Shown here: piece after piece, positions 13,451-20,891 of the stretch | Layout of the letters: the number at the start of each line of letters is the position of its first letter | Position numbering within the stretch: the first letter of the stretch is position 1 | Source of the DNA: an uncultured Thermoanaerobaculia bacterium | GTDB taxonomy: Bacteria > Acidobacteriota > JBCCFW01 | Direction of reading: 5' to 3' | Assembly: GCA_964613915.1 (NCBI GenBank) | Contig: CAZTIW010000001.1 | Location: forward strand, 123,741 to 187,740 | DNA length: 64,000 nucleotides | Program-made: the position numbers and the translations under genes | Notes under the pieces: generated by a model | What the model saw: the letters and a program-made list of their open reading frames with translations, nothing else | The model's database searches: none | What the model was told of the DNA's origin: nothing

Positions 13451-13987
13451 GTGAAGCCACGCTCGAGCCCTGACCTCCAACGCGCGCTTAATGCGCTCCC
13501 GGATGCGATAGCCGACATGAAGCGGCTCGCACGGGCCATTGATCCCGTTCGCGGTGTCGTCTGCCTGAGCTCGGCCGAGGTGCGGCTTCGCCCCGAGTTG
13601 GTTTGGAACGCCTTCGTCTGTCTGCTGTCTGAGTGTGCGTACGAGGACCTCCGTCCGTCGCAGCGCCCCGCACACCTCGCGTTTTGGTATGACGCAGAAG
13701 TTCAGAACGGCGGCCACGCCCAGTACCTCACCAACCCTACCGGGCTCCGCGCTGAGGAGACCGTGCAGGCCCTCCGCGCCGTTGGCGCGGAGAGGCACGC
13801 TGCTTTGCTCGGTCGGTGCCTTGCCACGTGCAGGCCGGCAGACGGAGCGCGCCCAGCTGACTCGGACACCATCCTCGATGAACTCGACACGGAGTACCAT
13901 TCACTCCAGCCATCGCTGGTGGATATCCTGGGCCGTCATCTCGAGGCACACCGGCCGGACTTCGTAACGGTCGCGGGTGCCTCCTAA
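13451..13987 (+). CDS. Cassette ORF 2: DUF4375/DMP19-like protein (possible DNA-mimic family)
   Basis: The motif AFWYDAEVQNGGHAQYLTN resembles the conserved EVxNGGFxQY signature I recall for the DMP19 C-terminal family. Starts at GTG 13451; attC2 follows. Family assignment is from memory only. Confidence 0.45.
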   Translation: MKPRSSPDLQRALNALPDAIADMKRLARAIDPVRGVVCLSSAEVRLRPELVWNAFVCLLSECAYEDLRPSQRPAHLAFWYDAEVQNGGHAQYLTNPTGLRAEETVQALRAVGAERHAALLGRCLATCRPADGARPADSDTILDELDTEYHSLQPSLVDILGRHLEAHRPDFVTVAGAS

Positions 13988-14044
13988 CCCGGCGTTGCAG
14001 CCGACGCCGCATTCGCGGCGCGGCTGAACGCCCACTCGTTAGAC
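13982..14044 (+). repeat. attC site 2 (TCCTAAC ... GTTAGAC)
   Basis: Near-identical to attC1; differs only in the central spacer. Confidence 0.75.
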
Positions 14045-14056
14045 GGACGAGGAGCC

Positions 14057-14575
14057 GTGGACCAACAACCACCACCGCTAGGCGAACTGCTGCTTCTTCT
14101 GATGTGGCTCTCGGCCGTACCGCAGCTCAGTGTGGCTCTGATCCAGACGACGGTTTTCGCTCGACTCGGTGTCTTTCAGCGGCACCGCCGCGCGGCGCTT
14201 CTTTCCCTTGTGGGAACCTACATTGGAGCGTTGCCCCTTGGACTAGTGTTGTTCGCGCTGCTGCCGACCTCACTACTTCCCGGCAGCGTTCTTCCTGATC
14301 AGTGGCCCGCTCTACCGCCATTGTTCTTCGTGCCGGCGGTCATCGCATCGATAGTGCTCGGCGGAGCCACGACAGCGTGGGTGATCTGTCGACGCAGAGC
14401 GGTCCAACCCGGCGTTGCAACCGACGCCGCAGCCGGCGCGGGTGAGCGCCCACTCGTTAGGTCGACCAGGGACTTGACACTCCACGGCACGGGGAGTACA
14501 AATACGGTATGTGGCAGGTCTTCGAGCATCGGCGTGTGTCACGACAGCTCGGAGTTCTTCCAGTCGAGCTCCTGA
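14057..14575 (+). CDS. Cassette ORF 3: small membrane protein; the reading frame has no stop before attC3 and reads through it into the next cassette
   Basis: Hydrophobic N-terminal 110 aa; the frame then translates attC3 (AVQPGVATDAAAGAGERPLVRS) and terminates at 14575 inside the higB cassette. Confidence 0.3.
   Translation: MDQQPPPLGELLLLLMWLSAVPQLSVALIQTTVFARLGVFQRHRRAALLSLVGTYIGALPLGLVLFALLPTSLLPGSVLPDQWPALPPLFFVPAVIASIVLGGATTAWVICRRRAVQPGVATDAAAGAGERPLVRSTRDLTLHGTGSTNTVCGRSSSIGVCHDSSEFFQSSS
14402..14461 (+). repeat. attC site 3 (GTCCAAC ... GTTAGGT)
   Basis: gtccaacccggcgttgcaaccgacgccgcagccggcgcgggtgagcgcccactcgttaggt. Confidence 0.7.
14474..14502 (+). promoter_or_regulatory. Sigma70-like promoter internal to the higBA cassette (TTGACA, 17 bp spacer, TACAAA); it would give a leaderless or near-leaderless higB mRNA
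   Basis: TTGACA at 14474-14479, a 17-nt spacer, TACAAA at 14497-14502; the higB ATG is at 14509. Confidence 0.5.
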
Positions 14576-14790
14576 AGCGGTACGAGAAGTGGAAGGACAT
14601 CGTGCGGGCGTCAGGTCCCACTGGCCTGCGCTTGATCCGCGGCTTGCGTGACGAAGCCTTGTCCGGAGAGTGGAAGGGGCACCGCTCGAGTCGCCTCAAC
14701 CAGCAGTACCGCGTGATCTACAAGGTGGAAGCGAGCGAGGTCGTCGTGCTCGTCGTCGAGGTCACGGCCCACGACTACCGCAGGAGATGA
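14509..14790 (+). CDS. higB: RelE/ParE-superfamily toxin, HigB-like (toxin gene precedes antitoxin)
   Basis: The C-terminal signature WKGHRSSRLNQQYRVIYKVEASEVVVLVVEVTAHDYR is typical of RelE/HigB toxins. Confidence 0.7.
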   Translation: MWQVFEHRRVSRQLGVLPVELLKRYEKWKDIVRASGPTGLRLIRGLRDEALSGEWKGHRSSRLNQQYRVIYKVEASEVVVLVVEVTAHDYRRR

Positions 14791-14794
14791 AGAG

Positions 14795-15061
14795 ATGAAG
14801 CGATCTGGTTTTCGTCGGGCGCGCAGCCGGGTGAAGGTCACTGTCGGTGAGTCCGTGCGCATCATCCGTGAACTCCAGGAGTTGAGCCAGAATGAGCTTG
14901 CGGCCCTCACTGGAATTCCCCAGTCGACTCTCTCCGCCATCGAGCATGACCGGGTGAATCTCGGTGTCGAGCGGGCGAAGGTCATCGCGCGTGCGCTGAA
15001 GTGTCACCCGGCCGTCCTCGTGTTTCCGAACTGGGACGTCGAGAAGGAGTCCGTTGCCTGA
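14795..15061 (+). CDS. higA: HTH XRE-family antitoxin, HigA-like
   Basis: Helix-turn-helix SQNELAALTGIPQSTLSAIEHDRVNLGVERAKVIARAL; lies 4 nt after higB. Confidence 0.7.
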   Translation: MKRSGFRRARSRVKVTVGESVRIIRELQELSQNELAALTGIPQSTLSAIEHDRVNLGVERAKVIARALKCHPAVLVFPNWDVEKESVA

Positions 15062-15121
15062 CCCGGCGCTGCAGCCGCCGCCGCCGCCGAGCCGGCGCGA
15101 CTGTACGCCCACTCGTTGGAC
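15056..15121 (+). repeat. attC site 4 (ends GTTGGAC)
   Basis: cctgacccggcgctgcagccgccgccgccgccgagccggcgcgactgtacgcccactcgttggac. Confidence 0.65.
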
Positions 15122-15127
15122 GGCAGA

Positions 15128-15634
15128 ATGATCGCTGTGGCGCAGCTCCTCTTTGCAGACGCGCGCTCGCAGGACGACCTCTTGCTGGCCTTGGAGCGGC
15201 ATCTTGCTAGCGCCACATCGTTTCGCGTCAGCAGGACAGAGTGGCGAGGTTACAGCATCATCATTCCGCAAGTTCTCGTCGGCACCTCGCCAGTCGTGCT
15301 CACTCTGCAGGTCGATCGCGCTCCCGAGTACGTGCCGGCTGAGATTGCGGAACTGGCAGAGCACCTCAGCGGAAAGGCGAATGACGACGAGCTGAACGCG
15401 CTTCGGCAGTGCGATACCCGTGTGGACATCATGTCTGCCAGCTCTGCGCAGACCTCGGAAAGCGAAGACGCGATCACCGTGTTCGCGTCAAGCGATCTCG
15501 ATCCTACCGCTCCCGACGTCACGACGGTCCTCAACGAGCTGCAATCGTTCACCGGCGCGTGGGTCGTGGACAACATGGACGGTCGGATTCGAAAGCCGGG
15601 GAGCGCAGAATGGATCGTTCTGTTCGAAGCCTAG
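15128..15634 (+). CDS. Cassette ORF 5: hypothetical protein (168 aa), no recognisable domain
   Basis: ATG at 15128 immediately after the attC4 core; followed by attC5. An acidic C-terminal half is present but I recognise no motifs. Confidence 0.45.
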   Translation: MIAVAQLLFADARSQDDLLLALERHLASATSFRVSRTEWRGYSIIIPQVLVGTSPVVLTLQVDRAPEYVPAEIAELAEHLSGKANDDELNALRQCDTRVDIMSASSAQTSESEDAITVFASSDLDPTAPDVTTVLNELQSFTGAWVVDNMDGRIRKPGSAEWIVLFEA

Positions 15635-15643
15635 CAAACCTGC

Positions 15644-15747
15644 CGTCCAACTCAACGCTGCAGCAGACGCCAACCCGCGCCACGCGAGTCGTAGTTTGCT
15701 ACGCTGTCGCGTGCGGGTTGGCGCGGTTGAGCGTCAGGCCGTTAGCC
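15644..15747 (+). repeat. attC site 5 (long variant, 104 bp; CGTCCAAC ... GTTAGCC with an extended imperfect palindrome)
   Basis: cgtccaactcaacgctgcagcagacgccaacccgcgcc...gtcgcgtgcgggttggcgcggttgagcgtcaggccgttagcc; the two arms are inverted repeats. Confidence 0.6.
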
Positions 15748-15766
15748 TGACCAAGAGGCCTTGTCG

Positions 15767-16336
15767 ATGCCGGAGCAGTCACTACAGCTCGATGAGCTTG
15801 GCAGGCCGTTACTCGACCAGTTCAGTGAGTCAGGCTTCGTCGATTGCGTTTTCCGCATCGCTCACATCTCGAGTGATCCGGGACACCACCGCCTTCGGCT
15901 CGAGGCGTCGCACAACGGAATCGCGGTCGGACTCTCCGTGAGTGTTCGAAGGGGTATTCGCGGCGGGTTCAACCCGAGCATGGAACTGATCCCTGACCAT
16001 GTGTACCGCCCGGCCGTCGAGTTCCTGCGCTCAGGATCTGAGAGTGATGACCTTGTCACGGCGCTGGCACAACTCTATGGGCAGCCCGCGCGGCCATTGC
16101 AGATGGTGACCGCCATCTCATTCACCGGGATCGCGCTCCATCGGGACGACGTCGACATGGAGACAGAGCCGATCACGATCAAGCTCTTCGGCCGTGATTC
16201 CGACGACGAGATCGAGCGCGACGAGTACTTCGAGTCGTTCTTCAACATCGATCTAGCATCTGGCTTTGTCTACTGGAATGAGAAGGACCCTGACTACCGC
16301 GCTCCACTCATTCGTGGACTGTCGGTAGCAGGCTAA
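15767..16336 (+). CDS. Cassette ORF 6: hypothetical protein (189 aa), no recognisable domain
   Basis: ATG at 15767 after attC5; followed by attC6. Confidence 0.45.
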   Translation: MPEQSLQLDELGRPLLDQFSESGFVDCVFRIAHISSDPGHHRLRLEASHNGIAVGLSVSVRRGIRGGFNPSMELIPDHVYRPAVEFLRSGSESDDLVTALAQLYGQPARPLQMVTAISFTGIALHRDDVDMETEPITIKLFGRDSDDEIERDEYFESFFNIDLASGFVYWNEKDPDYRAPLIRGLSVAG

Positions 16337-16395
16337 CCCGGCGTTGCAGCCGACGCCGCCGAGCCGGCGCGGGTGAGCGCCCCATCGCCAGCCCG
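16331..16395 (+). repeat. attC site 6 with a degenerate R' core (CATCGCCAGCC instead of CTCGTTAGGC)
   Basis: ggctaacccggcgttgcagccgacgccgccgagccggcgcgggtgagcgccccatcgccagcc. Confidence 0.55.
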
Positions 16396-16421
16396 ACAAG
16401 GGCGACGATGCGGACGCACGA

Positions 16422-16739
16422 GTGAGCACGAGCGAAGGTCGTGCCCAGGGTCGGCACGTGGCGTGCGTTGGCGTCGCCGTGATCTTGGCGGCCGGTCTTC
16501 GGGTCTACTCAGGCTGCACCGCGACGTATGCAACACCCGCCATCGAGAGCGCGGGCGAACTCTCCCGTGGCGAGACGCTCCTCACCGGAGCGGGGCGCTT
16601 CACCGGGAACTGGCACCTCGCCGTCGTGGCGGTTCTCTTGAGCTCTGCGCTCGTAGCGGCGCTCCTGACCGGCCGACGCGCAGGGTGCGCGGCGCCTGGA
16701 CCCAGCGTTGGCCCCGACGCGCAAGTGCGCCTTGGATGA
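16422..16739 (+). CDS. Cassette ORF 7a: small hypothetical protein with a lipoprotein-like N-terminus
   Basis: The GTG start and a hydrophobic stretch followed by YSGC are the only support. Confidence 0.25.
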   Translation: MSTSEGRAQGRHVACVGVAVILAAGLRVYSGCTATYATPAIESAGELSRGETLLTGAGRFTGNWHLAVVAVLLSSALVAALLTGRRAGCAAPGPSVGPDAQVRLG

Positions 16740-16977
16740 GCGCCATCTCGCGAGACCGAGACCGGCCAATCGGAGTGGCGTAGACTCTCCCGGCGAATGT
16801 CCGCGATGTCACCCGCAGGCTCGAATCCGACGGCTGGGCCAAGCCCGCCAGCGCGGATCCCATCGGCAGTTCAAGCACGCGGAGAAGCCGGGCCTCGTGA
16901 CCGTGCCGGGGAAGCCGAATGACGAGCTGGCGCCTGGCACGCTGAACAGTGTTCTCAAGCAGGCGGGGTTGAAGTGA
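16708..16977 (+). CDS. hicA: HicA-family mRNA-interferase toxin (C-terminal HicA domain; start site uncertain)
   Basis: The C-terminus GSHRQFKHAEKPGLVTVPGKPNDELAPGTLNSVLKQAGLK matches the HicA consensus (GSHxxFKHP...TVPxHxxKxLxxGTLxxILKQAGL). No canonical start lies near the expected N-terminus; the only ATG is 30 codons upstream. Confidence 0.5.
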   Translation: MAPTRKCALDERHLARPRPANRSGVDSPGECPRCHPQARIRRLGQARQRGSHRQFKHAEKPGLVTVPGKPNDELAPGTLNSVLKQAGLK

Positions 16978-17189
16978 TGAAGCTGCTCATTGTTGTCGAA
17001 CAGACACGAACCGGGTTTTCCGCCTACTCGCCCGATCTCCCTGGCTGCGTCGCAACGGGCGCGACGCGTGAGGAAGTCGAGCGCGAGATGAAGGAAGCGA
17101 TCGACTTCCACATCGAGGGGATGAGGGCAGACGGCGAAGCAGTGCCCGAGCCGTCGTCGTATTCGACCTGCGTCGAGGTTCCGGCCTAA
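16974..17189 (+). CDS. hicB: HicB-family antitoxin
   Basis: FSAYSPDLPGCVATGATREEVEREMKEAIDFHIE matches the HicB RNase-H-like fold consensus; 4-nt overlap with hicA. Confidence 0.65.
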   Translation: MMKLLIVVEQTRTGFSAYSPDLPGCVATGATREEVEREMKEAIDFHIEGMRADGEAVPEPSSYSTCVEVPA

Positions 17190-17246
17190 CCCGGCGCTGC
17201 AGCTGCCGCCACCGACCCGGTGCGGCAGCACGCCCGGTCGTTAGCC
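17184..17246 (+). repeat. attC site 7 (GCCTAAC ... GTTAGCC)
   Basis: gcctaacccggcgctgcagctgccgccaccgacccggtgcggcagcacgcccggtcgttagcc. Confidence 0.7.
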
Positions 17247-17262
17247 CGCCGGAGAGAAACAC

Positions 17263-17943
17263 GTGGCCAGGTCGCGGATCTACCTGCTTCCAGGGCTCGA
17301 TGGCACGGGCCAGCTCTTTGATCGCTTTCTCGCAGTCGCGCCGCCTGCGTTCGATTGCACGGCCATCACCTTGCCTTCGGGGCGGCTCACATGGGACGAG
17401 CTCGCGACTGCCGTCGCACCGAAGCTCTCGCCGGGCTCCGTGATCGTTGCCGAGTCGTTCTCCGGGCCGCTGGCTGTCGTCCTTGCGAACCGTCTACGAC
17501 CGGCCGGCCTCGTCTTCTGCAACAGTTTCGTCGTCCCGCCAAGAGCGCAGGCCCTTCGGTGGCTCCCGTGGGCGGCTCTTGGCCGGCTTCCGGTTCCGCG
17601 CCCGTTGCTGCGCCACTACCTGGTGGGGCCAGACGCGGACCGTGCGCTCGTGGACGACGTGGCGGCGGTGGTGGGTCGCCTCCCCGCCGAGCTGTTCGCC
17701 TGGCGTGTCAGAGCCGTGCTGACCGCCAACGTTGCCGAGATGTTCGGTCGCTGCGCCACGCCCGTGCAGTACCTCAGGGGCACCGAAGACCGGCTAGTGC
17801 CGGAAACGGCGTGGCAGCACATGGCAGCGCTGCGACAGATGGAAACGATCCGTGTTCTCGGGCCTCACCTCCTGCTACAAGCAAGCCCGGCCGAGTCATG
17901 GCAGGCGATCGAGCGATTCGCGAGATCGTTGCCAGCGGTCTGA
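17263..17943 (+). CDS. Cassette ORF 8: alpha/beta-hydrolase fold protein (esterase/lipase-like)
   Basis: Nucleophile elbow AESFSG after a beta-strand (VIVAESFSGPLAVVLA); 226 aa; GTG start at 17263 right after the attC7 core. Confidence 0.55.
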   Translation: MARSRIYLLPGLDGTGQLFDRFLAVAPPAFDCTAITLPSGRLTWDELATAVAPKLSPGSVIVAESFSGPLAVVLANRLRPAGLVFCNSFVVPPRAQALRWLPWAALGRLPVPRPLLRHYLVGPDADRALVDDVAAVVGRLPAELFAWRVRAVLTANVAEMFGRCATPVQYLRGTEDRLVPETAWQHMAALRQMETIRVLGPHLLLQASPAESWQAIERFARSLPAV

Positions 17944-17957
17944 CCAGCGATTGCGGC

Positions 17958-18010
17958 CCGCCGCGGCGGTTGCCCCGGCATCATGCGGGCAACAAACCGC
18001 CGTGGCGGGA
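17958..18010. terminator. Long imperfect GC-rich hairpin between the convergent cassette 8 and ankyrin genes (bidirectional terminator or degenerate terminal attC)
   Basis: cccgccgcggcggttgcccc ... gggcaacaaaccgccgtggcggg are inverted repeats with one bulge. Confidence 0.35.
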
Positions 18011-18031
18011 CCGCGGCACACCGGGCCACGC

Positions 18032-19447
18032 TCAGCGCAGATACCGGCGCTCCATCTCTTCCGTGATCGGGATGCGCTTGATGAGGGCGTGGAACTGCGC
18101 CTCGGTGAGGATGCGGACTCCCAGGGCCCTTGCCTTCTCCAGCTTGGCGCCGGCCTTCGCGCCGGCGACGAGCACGGTCGTCTTCTTCGTGATCGACGAG
18201 GCGTAGACGCCGCCGCGAACCTCGACACTGATCTGGATGCCGACCTGCGTGAGGTTCTCGAACGACCCCGTGGCCGCGAAGACCTGACCGGTGATGTCGT
18301 CTCCCATGTCCGTCACCTCCTCGGCGGCGGCCGCGGTCAGGGCGGGATCGGGAGCGGCCTTCGCCGCGGGCGCCGCCGGCGCCGCCGCGGCCTCCGCCCG
18401 CCTGCGCCGTGCGGCCGGCGTCTGCAGCGCCTCCAGGCGGGCGACGATCCGCTTCTCCTCGGGACCACCTGCGTGCTGAAGTGCCTGCTGCAGATCGCGG
18501 GCACGCGGGCGCGCGCCGCGCGCGAGCAACAGCTCGACGCAACCCAGCGAACCGGCGCGCGAAGCCGCGACCACGGGATGCACCGAGCCGGGGCCCGTGA
18601 GGTTGGGATCGGCGCCAGCGTCGAGCAGGATCTCGACGAGCGCCACGTCGCTGCGCGCGGCTGCCCGCGCCAGCGGCGTCTCGCTCCCTCCCGCCGCGTC
18701 GGGGTCGGCGCCGCTGGCCAGCAAGCGCTTCACCAGCTCGCGGGCGCCGCTGCTGGCCGCGAGCGCCAGGACCGGCGTGCCGCTGTCCGTGGTGGCTCGC
18801 GCCAGGGCGGGGTCGCGTTCGACCTCGGCGATGGCCGCGGACTCGTGACTCGCGCGCTCCGCCTCGCTGAGCGGCTGCGCGGTGGGCATGACGCGCGCGC
18901 GTTCGAACTCACGCTCCTGTCGTTCGGCCAGGCGCTGGCGATAGACGGGAGAGCGCGGCTGCTCGCTGGCGACGAAGGCATCGAGCTGGGCTCGCTCGGC
19001 GGCGGACAGCCAGGCCGGGTCCGCGCCGCCCGCGATCAGGGCGTCCACGACGTCCCAGTGCTGGTCCTTCACAGCCTGGCGAAGCTGCGGACGGCACCGC
19101 GTCACCGGCGCTCCGGCGCCGAGCAGGAACTCGATGACATCGAGGCGACGGTTGGTGATGGGAAAGGCGAGCAGCGGGAAGACCGCGTCCTCGGGATCGA
19201 GGCTGGCGCCGCGCGCCACCAGAAGCTGCGCCACCGAGAGGTGGCCGCGGCCTGCCGCCGCCGCCAGCGGCGAAGCGAAGCCGATGGTGCGCTGCTCGAG
19301 CTCGGCCCCGCCTTCGAGGAAGGCGCGCACGGCCGCGAGGTCGCCACGCAGCGCGGCTTCGGTCAGGTTGACGGGCGGAAGCGGCCGGGCGGCCGCATCC
19401 GCTGCCAGCGCTGACAGCGCCGCGATCAGTCGAGCGGGGTTTCCCAT
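18032..19447 (-). CDS. Ankyrin-repeat protein with a C-terminal BRCT domain
   Basis: Multiple ANK repeats (GxTPLxxAAxxGHxxxVxxLLxxGA). The C-terminal GQVFAATGSF...KKTTVLVAGAKAGAKLEKARALGVRILTEAQFHALI resembles the LigA-type BRCT domain. Confidence 0.65.
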   Translation of the reverse strand: MGNPARLIAALSALAADAAARPLPPVNLTEAALRGDLAAVRAFLEGGAELEQRTIGFASPLAAAAGRGHLSVAQLLVARGASLDPEDAVFPLLAFPITNRRLDVIEFLLGAGAPVTRCRPQLRQAVKDQHWDVVDALIAGGADPAWLSAAERAQLDAFVASEQPRSPVYRQRLAERQEREFERARVMPTAQPLSEAERASHESAAIAEVERDPALARATTDSGTPVLALAASSGARELVKRLLASGADPDAAGGSETPLARAAARSDVALVEILLDAGADPNLTGPGSVHPVVAASRAGSLGCVELLLARGARPRARDLQQALQHAGGPEEKRIVARLEALQTPAARRRRAEAAAAPAAPAAKAAPDPALTAAAAEEVTDMGDDITGQVFAATGSFENLTQVGIQISVEVRGGVYASSITKKTTVLVAGAKAGAKLEKARALGVRILTEAQFHALIKRIPITEEMERRYLR

Positions 19448-20499
19448 GTCACGGGCCGGTTGGCGATGAGGTATTGGGATTCGCGCGGGGTGAGCTCGTC
19501 CGTGGCGCCGAACTGGGTGACGGTGCCCGCGATCCGCAGCAGGCCGTCGCGGACTTCGACCGCCGCGGCCGACGAGGCGTTCCAGGGGGCGGGCACGAAG
19601 CTGTGCAGGTCCACGAAGGCCGAGGCCAGGCCGCGCCAGAGCGCTGCCCGCGTCGCCATGCTGCCCCCGCCGCTGGTCGTGGTCGCCTTGACCTGCACGT
19701 GGCCGACCTGGTGGCCGCGGGCGCAGCCGCTGGCGTGGGCCGCCTCGTGGCCGGGTGGCGTGAGGTCAACGAACGACTCGGCCGAGCCGCGCCAGAGTGC
19801 GGCCGCGCTCCCCTTGCGGGTCCAGCGAAGGCCCACTTGCTCGCCGTCGCCCACCGACCAGGCCTCGGAGATCGAGCGGTCGTCGCCGAGCACGATCAGG
19901 CGCGAGCCGTCGGCAGGCCACAGCGCGGCGCGTTGTCCACCCGTGCGGCCCGCACGCCCGACGACCCAGGCGCCGTCAGTCGCCGACGCCATCGCCTCGG
20001 CGCCCGGCTCGGCGGGCGGCAGCTCGACGAGGCTGCCGCCGGGTCCCCAGAACAGCGCCACATCGGGAGCCCGCTCCCCCTTCTTGACCTTGCGCTCGCC
20101 GGAGCCCGCGAAGCCGCCGCCCCCGGCGCCCATGGCGATGGTGTAGTCCCAGCCCTTCTCGGGATGAAGGTCCACCGCCTCGAGTGCGCCGTTCGAGAGC
20201 CGCCACCCGACGGCGCCGCCGAACTGGCCCGAGCTGCGGGTCCAGAACCCGGGGATCGCGTCGCCGCTCGCCGTGCGCGCCGACAGCCTCTTCTGCGATG
20301 CATGGGTGAGCGCCACCGGCTGGCCGTCGGGCCACCAGTGGGGCACGCCTGGCCCCCGGCCCTCGGCCTCGCCGACCACGTGACCGCCGCAGAATCCCGA
20401 GGCGCGCGCTCTGCTCAGCCGCTTGGGGAGCGGCAGGATCGTGACCTTCCAGCGTGCAGGATCAGCGAGTTCAGCGGGACCAGCCATGTCGTCCTCCAC
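19426..20499 (-). CDS. Repeat protein with HAF-like (AALW-G-x-DL) repeats and no signal peptide
   Basis: Recurring AALWxGxAxSFVDL/ALWPADGS units resemble the HAF extracellular repeat, yet the N-terminus lacks a signal sequence. Confidence 0.45.
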   Translation of the reverse strand: MEDDMAGPAELADPARWKVTILPLPKRLSRARASGFCGGHVVGEAEGRGPGVPHWWPDGQPVALTHASQKRLSARTASGDAIPGFWTRSSGQFGGAVGWRLSNGALEAVDLHPEKGWDYTIAMGAGGGGFAGSGERKVKKGERAPDVALFWGPGGSLVELPPAEPGAEAMASATDGAWVVGRAGRTGGQRAALWPADGSRLIVLGDDRSISEAWSVGDGEQVGLRWTRKGSAAALWRGSAESFVDLTPPGHEAAHASGCARGHQVGHVQVKATTTSGGGSMATRAALWRGLASAFVDLHSFVPAPWNASSAAAVEVRDGLLRIAGTVTQFGATDELTPRESQYLIANRPVTWETPLD

Positions 20500-20891
20500 G
20501 TTTGGCGCTCGCGGATTGTAACCGGGAGCTGGCCGCGCGGGGTAGACGCGGTGTCCCGAGCCGGGGAGGCACAGCAGGCCGCATCCCGCCCTGGCGGCAT
20601 CGGGGCGATGGGCGAACGATCCCGCTCTCTCAGCGCCGGAGCCGAGTCACCGGCTCACGGCCGGTCACCGGGCAACATTGCTGGGTGGGGGTGACGCCGG
20701 ACCTCGCCGCACGCGGACATGCCGGCGCTGCATCGCGTCCACCGCGTCCGCGCATCCGATCGTGCGCACAGCCCGCGTTCGCACGCCTGCTCGAGCTCGA
20801 CCCGATCATCCTGGCCGTCACGCATGCTGAGCCGCCACTGGATCGCGACGCCCAGGCTTGGCGCCTGGCCCTCGGCCGGGCTTCCGAACCC

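Larger units (their letters stand above)
12869..17960 (+). mobile_element. Integron gene-cassette array (chromosomal-type, highly similar attC sites) with no integron integrase in the window; CALIN-like
   Basis: Eight or more ~60-150 bp elements of the form RYYYAAC-CCGGCGTTGCAGCCGACGCCGC-n-GCCGGCGCGG(C/G)TGA(A/G)CGCCCACTCGTTAG(G/A)C recur after successive small plus-strand ORFs. Each has an imperfect internal palindrome (GGCGTTGCAGCCG versus CGGCTGAACGCC) with extrahelical bases, typical of attC. GC is lower than the flanks. No tyrosine-recombinase ORF lies on either side. Confidence 0.8.

Noticed and set aside
13372-17246. Regularly recurring about 60-bp repeats considered as a CRISPR array
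   Set aside because: Spacing is irregular (330-700 bp). The intervening segments are ORFs, not 30-40 bp spacers. The repeats are imperfect palindromes with RYYYAAC/GTTRRRY ends (attC), and no cas genes are present.
20500-20890. Possible anti-sigma factor gene between the ECF sigma factor and the HAF-repeat gene
   Set aside because: No ORF over 60 codons with a plausible composition; the listed small ORFs are Arg/Cys-rich junk. An anti-sigma factor may be absent or encoded elsewhere.
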